This document shows positions 1-6,886 of a stretch of 8,931 nt of DNA, in pieces (the stretch's first letter is position 1; every line of letters begins with the position of its first letter). The position numbers and the translations under genes are program-made. The stretch is from positions 1-8,931 of the IMG/VR virus record IMGVR_UViG_2695420699_000009; one strand, given 5' to 3'. A model generated the notes under the pieces. The model saw nothing but the letters and a program-made list of their open reading frames with translations. It did not search any database and was not told the DNA's origin. This DNA comes from a virus. Its lineage: Duplodnaviria > Heunggongvirae > Uroviricota > Caudoviricetes.

Positions 1-127
1 AGAAGCCACTGGAGCACCTCAAAAACACCATCATACACTAAATCAGTAAGTTGGCAGCATCACCGATAGCCTCAAGCACCCGCAGCAATTCTACTTAACT
101 CTCGCTTTACCGCAAACCGTTTTTACC

Positions 128-149
128 CGATATGGGAATTCCCATATCG
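128..149. repeat. Perfect 22-bp palindrome CGATATGGGAATTCCCATATCG (11-bp arms, centred on GAATTC)
   Basis: Read directly: the reverse complement of the first 11 nt equals the last 11 nt. Sits 8 nt downstream of the 158..262 small ORF stop. No U-tract follows on either strand, so it is not a canonical intrinsic terminator. Confidence 0.6.
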
Positions 150-157
150 TAATGAAT

Positions 158-262
158 TCAGTTCCCTAGTCGATCCATCAAAAACACAACCAGGCAGTAA
201 ACGCCCACAACAGCAACAACAGCCAGCGCACCTTCCATTGCCAGTGATATATCATCCGACAT
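158..262 (-). CDS. Candidate small hydrophobic peptide, 34 aa (MSDDISLAMEGALAVVAVVGVYCLVVFLMDRLGN)
   Basis: Below the ORF-track length cutoff; found by hand. ATG at 262 preceded by AAGGAGG with ~4-nt spacing; TGA stop at 158-160; one transmembrane-like hydrophobic stretch. No homology evidence. Confidence 0.3.
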   Translation of the reverse strand: MSDDISLAMEGALAVVAVVGVYCLVVFLMDRLGN

Positions 263-297
263 ATTCCCTCCTTTGGTGTTAATCCCGGCGAACGTTT

Positions 298-381
298 TTA
301 CCCCCACCGACAAATAACATATACTAAAAAAGCGATAGCCATAGCAACGCCTGTAATTGCAAATGCTTCAGGCCAGTTCAT
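298..381 (-). CDS. Candidate small hydrophobic peptide, 27 aa (MNWPEAFAITGVAMAIAFLVYVICRWG)
   Basis: ATG at 381..379 overlaps the TGA stop (380..378) of the upstream 300-aa gene in an ATGA arrangement, suggesting translational coupling; the upstream codons GGAGGTG act as SD; TAA stop at 298-300. Hydrophobic core. Confidence 0.3.
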   Translation of the reverse strand: MNWPEAFAITGVAMAIAFLVYVICRWG

Positions 382-1280
382 TGGCGCACCTCCTGCGGCG
401 GTTCTGGTAGAGGCATCCAGTGTGATGGTATCCACGACGCACCAGGTATTATCCACCCATCATTAGCGTCAGGATGCCCCGGGATGTAAGTCGCCCATTT
501 CATTCGCCAGTCACCTTTCCTGCCAAAATCCCTGGCAACAAGAACGGCTGTTTTGGTATCCGGCATTCGCTCACTACAGCTTATCCAACTATCCGGAGTT
601 ACCGGATAGTTGCCCGATAGTGCATTCTGCTCCAGTGATGCTTTTACAAACCACGCTGCCTGAACTATAACGCCATGAATCCAGCGCAAATCAGCATCGC
701 GATCTTTCTTTTTCATCTTTTCGCCACTTAAGGCCTTGCTTATGTGGCTGCGTACCAGGTCTTCATGTAATTCCTTCGCCTCCTCAATGGTGAAACCACC
801 AGGCAGAAGAGCCGGAGTTACCGGAGAGCTGGTTGACGCTTCCGGGATTTCCCGAAAATTATTGGTTGACGAATTCTTGCTTTCCCGAAAGTTTCCGGAC
901 TGAAGCATGGCGGTGCGGCAGGCGTTCCATATTTCGGCAGCAATATCGCGCTCGCTATCGGTTAATTTGTACGTGGAAACATAGCCAGAGAGCATTTCTA
1001 CGTTTTCCGGAGTTGCTTCTTCCGGCACTACCGGCGCTGGCGGGGCGATGCGTCCAAGCAACTTATTTACCTCTTTCGCCATCGCGTCATATTTATCTAA
1101 ATGGCGATTAGCTTCTAAGCAGACTCGGCGCATCTGATCTGAGTTAACTCGTTTAACTGGATCTGCTTCCAGCGATGCCAGCGCAATCCGTGCCAGTTCC
1201 ATTTGTTCACCACGGGTAAGCCCGTTTTCAAGCGGATTTTTAATGAACAATTCAATACGTTCTTTGGTAATAGTGGTCAT
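378..1280 (-). CDS. Phage protein, 300 aa, with a Trp/Pro-rich C-terminal region resembling the DUF551 family
   Basis: Long ORF; ATG at 1280 preceded by AAGGAG at 6-nt spacing. C-terminus (WISCSERMPD...WIIPGASWIPSHWMPLPEPP) recalled as DUF551-like; not searched. Confidence 0.7.
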   Translation of the reverse strand: MTTITKERIELFIKNPLENGLTRGEQMELARIALASLEADPVKRVNSDQMRRVCLEANRHLDKYDAMAKEVNKLLGRIAPPAPVVPEEATPENVEMLSGYVSTYKLTDSERDIAAEIWNACRTAMLQSGNFRESKNSSTNNFREIPEASTSSPVTPALLPGGFTIEEAKELHEDLVRSHISKALSGEKMKKKDRDADLRWIHGVIVQAAWFVKASLEQNALSGNYPVTPDSWISCSERMPDTKTAVLVARDFGRKGDWRMKWATYIPGHPDANDGWIIPGASWIPSHWMPLPEPPQEVRQ

Positions 1281-1290
1281 GTGTTACTCC

Positions 1291-1554
1291 TTAACCCGCA
1301 GTGCTTTCAACTGATGAGGGGAACAAAATCTTTTCATCAAACCCTGCATTCATATCATGAACAGCAACACACCAATCCATCGACGAACGATTATCAAGAG
1401 CCTCCATGATTTCATCCATGCGGCGTAGGTCATACAGGTAAATGCTTTTATCGCCAATGGTGTAAAAGCCAATTTTTTTCGGTGATGGACAGCGATCAAG
1501 AACTTCCTGTAATTCGTTCAACCATGCCCGTTCTTTTTTTGTCAAAGTTGCCAT
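1291..1554 (-). CDS. Hypothetical phage protein, 87 aa (MATLTKKERAWLNELQEVL...)
   Basis: ATG at 1554 preceded by AAGGAAA; the ORF-track N-terminal extension to 1644 lacks an SD. TAA stop at 1291-1293, 10 nt before the next gene start. Confidence 0.6.
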   Translation of the reverse strand: MATLTKKERAWLNELQEVLDRCPSPKKIGFYTIGDKSIYLYDLRRMDEIMEALDNRSSMDWCVAVHDMNAGFDEKILFPSSVESTAG

Positions 1555-1555
1555 A

Positions 1556-1693
1556 TCAGTTTTCCTTATACGGATTAATTTTATTGTGCAGTGTGTTGAA
1601 TGACGCCCATACCACGTCGTTATACAATTCAATAACTGGCTCAATTATTTTTCCGATTATCCAGACTAGGATTAACGGGGATATCGGTATCAT
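1556..1693 (-). CDS. Possible small membrane protein, 45 aa (MIPISPLILVWIIGKIIEPVIELYNDVVWASFNTLHNKINPYKEN)
   Basis: Hand-found ORF in the 250-bp gap between two genes. Strongly hydrophobic N-terminus; TGA stop lies immediately upstream of the 1554 ATG and its last codons form that gene's SD. No SD of its own (in-frame GTG/TTG alternatives just upstream). Weak call. Confidence 0.2.
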   Translation of the reverse strand: MIPISPLILVWIIGKIIEPVIELYNDVVWASFNTLHNKINPYKEN

Positions 1694-1779
1694 CAACACG
1701 ATAAACAGAATGAGAAACAGAAATTCTGTTGTTCTACTCTTTCGCGGATATTTTTTCTAAATAATGTGACCATTCATTA

Positions 1780-1795
1780 CCGCCCTTTCGGGCGG
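1780..1795 (-). terminator. GC-rich hairpin CCGCCC-TTTC-GGGCGG downstream of the 70-aa gene
   Basis: Perfect 6-bp GC stem with a 4-nt loop, about 10 nt after the TAA stop at 1806-1808. No U-run follows on the minus-strand RNA, so at most a weak terminator or stabilising hairpin. Confidence 0.3.
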
Positions 1796-1805
1796 CCTCC
1801 TGACA

Positions 1806-2018
1806 TTAATCGTTGTAATAACTCATAGCTTCATTTGCAGCATCAACTGGATCAACCTCCCTCCAGCAATAATTTGAATCGGCTCCTTCAGGCGTCCACG
1901 GTTCTAATTCATTTTTTGCCGCATTCTCATCGCCAGTAATTTTAAAAATCTGCTCAGAGAATTTTCTTGCCCACTCGTTATATTTTTCCGCATTAATGGC
2001 TTTCTGTGTATTTAACAT
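1806..2018 (-). CDS. Hypothetical small acidic phage protein, 70 aa
   Basis: ATG at 2018 preceded by GGAGGT at ~7-nt spacing; sits in the co-directional operon. Confidence 0.6.
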   Translation of the reverse strand: MLNTQKAINAEKYNEWARKFSEQIFKITGDENAAKNELEPWTPEGADSNYCWREVDPVDAANEAMSYYND

Positions 2019-2068
2019 AAATATACCTCCAGTTAAGGATTAGATTTTATTTACAGCTCTAAATTTAT

Positions 2069-2425
2069 TTATTCAGTTCTGGATTTTGTCGCCCTGCGTA
2101 TCCGCGCTTTCGCGTTACGCTCAATCTGAATTAACTTTTCTATATTTTTCCGCCTTTCCTGTTCCTCCTGGCGCAATAGCCTTACATCATCTGCCAGTCT
2201 GGTTTCTCTTTTCGCCACAGAGAGCATCCAGTCAAACGGCTCCACAACTGCACCGCAGATTTTACAGCGGACCTGACGCTCTTTTTCGTCAACCCGAACA
2301 GAGGCGTGATGGCAATATGGTCTTTCCGATGGCTCATAAAGAAAATTAACCTGATTACGAGGGTCATCCTCTTTTACCGGAAATAAAACGATATTGCTTA
2401 ACTCATCCTCTGGTTTTATTTCCAT
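2069..2425 (-). CDS. Phage protein with a putative zinc-finger (CHH...CKIC) and a basic coiled C-terminal tail, 118 aa
   Basis: ATG at 2425 preceded by AAAGGAGAGGAGC. An alternative GTG start at 2482 (GTGA overlap with the upstream stop, also with an AGGAG) would add 19 aa. Confidence 0.6.
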   Translation of the reverse strand: MEIKPEDELSNIVLFPVKEDDPRNQVNFLYEPSERPYCHHASVRVDEKERQVRCKICGAVVEPFDWMLSVAKRETRLADDVRLLRQEEQERRKNIEKLIQIERNAKARIRRATKSRTE

Positions 2426-2482
2426 GCTCCTCTCCTTTGATGCGAATGCCAGCGGTAATTGAAGCCTGATAGCTAATTTCAC

Positions 2483-2878
2483 TCACAGTACCGTCTCCTG
2501 AAAATTACCCTGATAGAAAGCCAGTACACGCTGCATAGCTTCACTCTTCCGGCACTCGCCACAGATTATGTTCTGTTGTCTGTCGTAGCGGCGTATTTCT
2601 CCGTCTGGTAACTTTCGAATCAATGTCTGGTCGGTTGCTTTCTCCGCTGCCTTACGCCATACGCGATACACCTGTTCTGATGTAAAAACACCGTATTTAC
2701 CGGGCATGTATAAATCGCCACAAGCCAGTACATCCACAAGGCAACGTCTGACTGAATGCCAGCCTGCTCCCGTCGCTCTCTCCAGTTGTGATATCGTCAT
2801 GCGTTCATTTTTGCGTACCAGCCCGATAATTCGGGCCTTCAGTTCTTCACGCTGTTCGTGTGTAAAAGGTTTCGCCAT
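2483..2878 (-). CDS. Hypothetical phage protein, 131 aa, possible winged-helix N-terminus
   Basis: ATG at 2878 preceded by GGAGG at 6-nt spacing; TGA stop at 2483-2485; tight spacing with neighbours. Confidence 0.7.
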   Translation of the reverse strand: MAKPFTHEQREELKARIIGLVRKNERMTISQLERATGAGWHSVRRCLVDVLACGDLYMPGKYGVFTSEQVYRVWRKAAEKATDQTLIRKLPDGEIRRYDRQQNIICGECRKSEAMQRVLAFYQGNFQETVL

Positions 2879-2893
2879 AAGCGCCTCCGGCTA

Positions 2894-3664
2894 TCACTTT
2901 TCCGATACAACACGGCGGGAAGAATCAGTAATCTGTCGAACAATATCCCGGTGCTTGTTCAGCTCCCGCAGCGCGGCGCAGACTCGCTCCCACTTCTGAA
3001 CATCACTTTTCGCCCTGCGCAGCGCCAGGTTTGCCCTGCGCAGGGACGGAAAAATCAGCTCATCTGCTTGCGTTTCGGTAAACGATGGCAACGGCTGCAC
3101 AATGTCCGCCACAGTTTCTGTTTTAATTTCTTCCTGTGTTGCGGCTTCCCGGACTGGTAACGAAGCACCTGCTGGCTGAGGAAAGGCCTTACCATCACTT
3201 TCCGTTACCAGCGCGGCTTTCGGCTCTGCTGGTAAATTATCGCCCGGCATGCAGTAACGAAATTTACCGTTCTGATTAACGCGTGCCAGCCGCCCCGTTG
3301 CGGTTACCACCGCCAGCGTGGAAGCAACCTTGCGAGTACTGACACCGAACTTACCCGCCAGTTCCTCACACGTTTTAGCCCCATCCTGACCGATAAACTC
3401 AATCATCATGTCTGCGGTAACTTTTTGTTCGACCTCCCCGGTCAGCATATCCTGTGCTTCAGATTTTACTGGCCGCTCTTCGGTTACCCGGGATTCACCT
3501 TCGCCAGCCAGAAACCAGGTGTGACCAGTTTTATCAACGACGCCATTTCTTTTGAGTTCCCACAGCTCGTTGACAGCCTCTTCACGACTGATTCCAAGGC
3601 GAGCTGCCACCACATGTGAAGAGGCTTTTTTCAGTGCTTTCAGTGCGTCAGATACGGTTTCCAT
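2894..3664 (-). CDS. Phage protein, 256 aa, with two tandem winged-helix-like repeats (DUF1627-like by recollection)
   Basis: ATG at 3664 preceded by GGAGG at 8-nt spacing. Two similar segments (VAARLGISREEAVNELWELKRNG and ELAGKFGVSTRKVASTLAVVTATG). Lies directly downstream of the helicase-loader gene, as is usual in lambdoid prophages. Confidence 0.7.
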   Translation of the reverse strand: METVSDALKALKKASSHVVAARLGISREEAVNELWELKRNGVVDKTGHTWFLAGEGESRVTEERPVKSEAQDMLTGEVEQKVTADMMIEFIGQDGAKTCEELAGKFGVSTRKVASTLAVVTATGRLARVNQNGKFRYCMPGDNLPAEPKAALVTESDGKAFPQPAGASLPVREAATQEEIKTETVADIVQPLPSFTETQADELIFPSLRRANLALRRAKSDVQKWERVCAALRELNKHRDIVRQITDSSRRVVSEK

Positions 3665-3685
3665 TAAAATTTCCTCCGGACAAAA

Positions 3686-4432
3686 TTACTTCACAACCCT
3701 CATATTGCTGACATTTGGACGCCAGCTATCCCAGTTAAACGTCACCCATCGACCACCGTTCATGGTCATGCGATCCATAATCCGCTCGCCGAGCAATGTT
3801 TTCATGGCCTCATAGTTCAGGTTTGTCAGCATCCCCACGCTGCGCATCGACGCTGTCCGGCGATCAACAATCTGGTGCAGTACCACCTGCTCGTTTTTCG
3901 TCTCGCGCTGAATGCCAATTTCATCAAGAACCAGCAGATCCACTTCGCACAGTTCCCGCAAAAATTTTTCGCCTGACTGCCCATCGTCATAGCTGGCGTG
4001 CAGGGCACTCATAACATCAGCCACGGTAACCACAATCACTGTCTGACCGTCTTTCAGCAGGCGATTCCCGATAGCTGCCGCTAAGTGGTTCTTCCCGGTA
4101 CCAGGTTTTCCGCTGAACGCAAAATTTGTACACCCGGTCATCAGTTCATCAGCGATGGATTTCGCCTGACTCAACGCGTATCGCTGCCCTTCGTTCTGCA
4201 CCTGGTAATTCGAAAACGAGCATTTGCTGTGCAGAGGCTGGATGCCCGAACGATTCAGGATTTTTTCCACCCGCAACTGGTGATTCTGGCGGTTAATCTC
4301 CTCGCTGCGTTTTCGTCCTTCAGCAAGTTGCCATTCCCGCCACTCCTCCACCGTCCGGTACGGTGGAACCGACGCCTGTGGTGCAAGTCTGCGAATACGT
4401 TCAAGAACCCCGGCTGCCGCAATGTTTTTCAT
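3686..4432 (-). CDS. DnaC/IstB-family AAA+ helicase loader (lambda P functional analogue; Rac YdaV-like), 248 aa
   Basis: Walker A (GKPGTGKNHLAAAIG) and Walker B (DLLVLDEIG) read in the translation. ATG at 4432 lies 6 nt after the upstream gene stop, with a GGGGGTGA SD. Confidence 0.9.
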   Translation of the reverse strand: MKNIAAAGVLERIRRLAPQASVPPYRTVEEWREWQLAEGRKRSEEINRQNHQLRVEKILNRSGIQPLHSKCSFSNYQVQNEGQRYALSQAKSIADELMTGCTNFAFSGKPGTGKNHLAAAIGNRLLKDGQTVIVVTVADVMSALHASYDDGQSGEKFLRELCEVDLLVLDEIGIQRETKNEQVVLHQIVDRRTASMRSVGMLTNLNYEAMKTLLGERIMDRMTMNGGRWVTFNWDSWRPNVSNMRVVK

Positions 4433-4438
4433 GCCACA

Positions 4439-5521
4439 TCACCCCCTGAATCCCGGCGGTATTTCAGTGTCCGGTTCAGAAATGTGATTCACGCAACGCT
4501 GGTTGTTCGTGCCGCTTACCGGGAGCAACCAGGGGTTTTCAAAATTCCGGTCCGGCCCAAAAAACGTCTTCGCTCGCTGAACAAATTCCGTTCCCGCTTT
4601 CCCGGTCGCCGCCAGGTATCTCGCGTAACGCCTCACACCATCCAGCATGGTCTCTGGTGGCACCCCCTCGCGCAATCTGGCCTTCCAGGCACTGAATGCG
4701 GATTTCTTCGGGTTTGCTCCGGCACGCAACGGGAACTCCCGCCAGACCTGTTCGAACACATCCGGATAATCCACTCGTCCCACAGACTGCCCGGTGTTTT
4801 CCGGGACTACCCGATCGGCTTCCCGCTGAATGGCGGAATCGGCTTCGGGCTGCTGCAGTTGGTGTGATTGCTCCGGCCTTGCGGTCATCACCTGCTGCAC
4901 AGCGCCCGAATCGGCTTTCAGCGCATACGCTGAATCGGCTTCCGGTGTCGTGCCTGCTGGCTGACCAGGATTGACGGTCTGAACATCCCCTGCCTGGTTC
5001 GTGGCGTTTTTTACGCCATGGACCATAGTGTTTTGATCTTCTTGATCTGTATCTTTATCTGTATCTTTATCTGTATCTTTATCTGTCGTGACTCGTCGTG
5101 ACATGTGCGTGACATTTCGTGACGCGCCGTGACAATCGCCATTTTGTTCCCGCTTTCTTTCCCTCTCTCGCTGCGCCCTCTTGCGCTCTGCAGGAGATTT
5201 TGCGGTTTGCGAAATATTGCCGTTGTCCTCTTTAAGCACCTGGCGTTTTTCCCATCCAGTGATTAAATCACCATCAAGTACCCGCCCCTGCATCGTCTGC
5301 AAAATTGAATCAATTACCTCTTCTGTCACGTCGAGCGCACTTGCCAAATCTTCTGTCGTGACATCAATGTGACCTCGCGTGACATTTCGTGACGCGCTCA
5401 CCAGGAGGTGGATATACACTGCCATCACTGTTGCAATTGGCTGCCCTGACACCCTGGCAATTGTTCGCCACTTAGGGTCATTTGGCATGTCATGCCATAA
5501 TCTGAGCCAGGCGTTAGCCAT
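4439..5521 (-). CDS. Replication initiator / replisome organiser (lambda O-like; Rac YdaU-like), ~360 aa
   Basis: Sits immediately upstream of the DnaC-like gene. Start taken as the ATG at 5521 (SD GAGGTGA); the ORF track begins at a GTG at 5527. The coding sequence contains the iteron-like repeats and a (TDKD)n linker. Confidence 0.8.
   Translation of the reverse strand: MANAWLRLWHDMPNDPKWRTIARVSGQPIATVMAVYIHLLVSASRNVTRGHIDVTTEDLASALDVTEEVIDSILQTMQGRVLDGDLITGWEKRQVLKEDNGNISQTAKSPAERKRAQRERERKREQNGDCHGASRNVTHMSRRVTTDKDTDKDTDKDTDQEDQNTMVHGVKNATNQAGDVQTVNPGQPAGTTPEADSAYALKADSGAVQQVMTARPEQSHQLQQPEADSAIQREADRVVPENTGQSVGRVDYPDVFEQVWREFPLRAGANPKKSAFSAWKARLREGVPPETMLDGVRRYARYLAATGKAGTEFVQRAKTFFGPDRNFENPWLLPVSGTNNQRCVNHISEPDTEIPPGFRG
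5045..5080. repeat. Tandem 12-bp repeat (ATCTGTATCTTT x3, plus a partial copy) encoding a TDKDTDKDTDKD linker
   Basis: Read directly at 5045-5086; corresponds to ...TTDKDTDKDTDKDTDQ... in the minus-strand translation. Confidence 0.9.
5086..5397. other. Putative phage origin of replication: two clusters of phased GTGAC iteron-like repeats inside the initiator gene
   Basis: Cluster 1 (5086-5133) has five GTGAC copies at ~10-13 bp spacing; cluster 2 (5356-5393) has four. An exact 20-bp repeat CGTGACATTTCGTGACGCGC occurs at 5108-5127 and 5378-5397. Lambda ori lies inside O in the same way. Confidence 0.55.
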
Positions 5522-5592
5522 ACTCACCTCTTCTGATACCGAATCTTTTTACTCACGAGTTGCCGGAAGCGATTCGATATGGCTATTATCAC

Positions 5593-6018
5593 TCAATGCA
5601 CTGCCACAGCATTTCCTGCCGGGCCACCACGGTTCATCTGATTGAAACCGGCGATTGCCACCGCGACAAAATCATCAGCGTCTCTCACCAGTCGCTCCCG
5701 CGTCTCCACCAGCTCCCGAAAATAAGCTGAACTGTGGCTGCGCATTCTGGCCACCAGCAAAGGTGGCATTGCCTTTTCGATCGCTGGTAACAACGCCAGA
5801 ATTTTTTCAACTGCATCAGGGGTGTCTTTCTCTATCCAGCGGAAAATTTTCTGGGTATTGCGAGCCAGGGCTTCCGGATGGCTGTCGTCGTACAGTTCAG
5901 GAAACGTCATACCCAACTCAAAATAAGCCTGGGTTATTCCAGCTGCCGGAACTTTTTCGCCATCAGGACGCGCCCAGGCATTCATCGCCATGCGGATGTG
6001 TTCATGCTTGATTTTCAT
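5593..6018 (-). CDS. CII-like regulator (Rac YdaT-like), 141 aa
   Basis: Immediately follows the Cro-like gene on the same strand; ATG at 6018 preceded by AGGAGC at 7-nt spacing and overlapping the upstream gene's 3' end by 17 nt. Family assignment by position and recollection. Confidence 0.7.
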   Translation of the reverse strand: MKIKHEHIRMAMNAWARPDGEKVPAAGITQAYFELGMTFPELYDDSHPEALARNTQKIFRWIEKDTPDAVEKILALLPAIEKAMPPLLVARMRSHSSAYFRELVETRERLVRDADDFVAVAIAGFNQMNRGGPAGNAVAVH

Positions 6019-6283
6019 GAATCAAGCTCCTAGAAAGTGGTTGTGTTAACGTTTTGGTATCTTCCAGCTCGGGCCAAATATTCATCCAATCAAAAGGCCT
6101 TAGTTGCTGACGTGTAACTTCACCATTACTGGCTCGCTCAATAAGGACACATAACGATGCCCCTAACACTTGACCTTTACTCAATGCCTTTCTTAGATAA
6201 CCGATGCTGGTACCACACTCGCATGCAAACATACGCTGTTCATCTGACGAAAGAGAATTGAGAAATATTCTTAATTCTTCCAT
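6002..6283 (-). CDS. Cro-like HTH regulator (Rac YdaS-like), 93 aa
   Basis: First gene of the minus-strand operon, divergent from the repressor; ATG at 6283 preceded by AAGGAG at 5-nt spacing; HTH-like segment around TSIGYLRKALSKGQ. Confidence 0.75.
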   Translation of the reverse strand: MEELRIFLNSLSSDEQRMFACECGTSIGYLRKALSKGQVLGASLCVLIERASNGEVTRQQLRPFDWMNIWPELEDTKTLTQPLSRSLIHENQA

Positions 6284-6308
6284 AGCTACTCCTTAGTAAA
6301 CACAGCAA

Positions 6309-6390
6309 AGAATACCCATAGGTAAACAAAAGTCAATACCCATAGGTTGTTTACCTTGCGGTAATCGCATCTATTATTTACCTATGGATA
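6309..6390. promoter_or_regulatory. OR-like divergent promoter region with three copies of a 12-bp palindromic operator (consensus TACCyATrGGTA)
   Basis: Operators at 6313-6324 (TACCCATAGGTA), 6337-6348 (TACCCATAGGTT) and 6379-6390 (TACCTATGGATA, overlapping the repressor ATG). Candidate minus-strand promoter: -35 TTGACT (6336..6331), -10 TATTCT (6314..6309). Candidate plus-strand promoter: -10 TATTAT (6372-6377), placing the start at or near the ATG. Confidence 0.6.
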
Positions 6391-6803
6391 AATATGAATT
6401 TAGACGACAGCAACTCATCAAAATTCGTGATGAGAAATGCGATGGTAAAGCGGTTAACGTGGCCAGAAAGATCGGGCGCGAGCCTTCTTATGTATCAAGA
6501 ATGTTGTACCCAGAGGGGAAAAAGGGAAAAAAACGGATCGCTGATGATATGGTGGAGATTATCGAAGAGTCCTTTGGGTTACCCCGGGGATGGATGGATG
6601 GTATCGTTTCATCATCAACGAACACAGCCTCCAGTTATGAAACAAGGGTTCTAACGCCACGACAACGTATTTTTTTAGATCTCTTAGACGAACTGCCAGA
6701 AAGTGAAGCGGATAAATTATTAAAAACTCTTGAAGAGAAAAAACAGTATTACAATATGATCTACGAAGAAATCCGTAAAAAGAAAGCACAAAACGCATCA
6801 TAG
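6384..6803 (+). CDS. CI-type prophage repressor, 139 aa, XRE-like HTH with a DicA/RacR-like C-terminal region
   Basis: Divergent from the Cro-like gene. HTH-like segment AVNVARKIGREPSYVSRML. The C-terminal part (LTPRQRIFLDLLDELPESEADKLL...) resembles the DicA C-terminus as I recall it. No SD upstream, consistent with a leaderless transcript. Confidence 0.8.
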   Translation: MDKYEFRRQQLIKIRDEKCDGKAVNVARKIGREPSYVSRMLYPEGKKGKKRIADDMVEIIEESFGLPRGWMDGIVSSSTNTASSYETRVLTPRQRIFLDLLDELPESEADKLLKTLEEKKQYYNMIYEEIRKKKAQNAS

Positions 6804-6845
6804 CTCACCAAACAACTAGTCACCAGTTAAGACACCGCAAAAAGT

Positions 6846-6886
6846 TACCCATGGGTATTTACTTTTTAAATACCTATGGGTATCCT
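6846..6886. promoter_or_regulatory. OL-like operator pair and candidate rightward early promoter
   Basis: Same motif as in OR: TACCCATGGGTA (6846-6857, perfect palindrome) and TACCTATGGGTA (6871-6882), 25 bp centre to centre. Candidate -35 TTTACT (6858-6863) and -10 TATCCT (6881-6886) with a 17-bp spacer, firing on the plus strand. Confidence 0.5.

Noticed and set aside
1-127. Minus-strand ORF start (MMVFLRCSSGF...) running off the left edge
   Set aside because: No SD, and only about 11 codons are visible before the window ends; cannot be supported.
4085-4867. Plus-strand 260-aa ORF antisense to the loader and initiator genes
   Set aside because: It lies entirely within two well-supported minus-strand genes, with no SD and an Arg/Pro-rich composition typical of an antisense shadow frame. 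The same reasoning applies to the other antisense track ORFs (833-1111, 1203-1409, 1482-1760, 2086-2349, 2182-2367, 2706-2999, 2858-3160, 3425-3619, 3552-3815, 3796-4014, 3826-4008, 4696-4974, 5181-5372, 5379-5645, 5655-6011, 6394-6654, 6559-6801, 7438-7626, 8148-8423).
5593-6283. Toxin-antitoxin pair
   Set aside because: The gene order and position are those of Cro/CII-type switch regulators divergent from the repressor; I see no toxin fold motif in the sequence.
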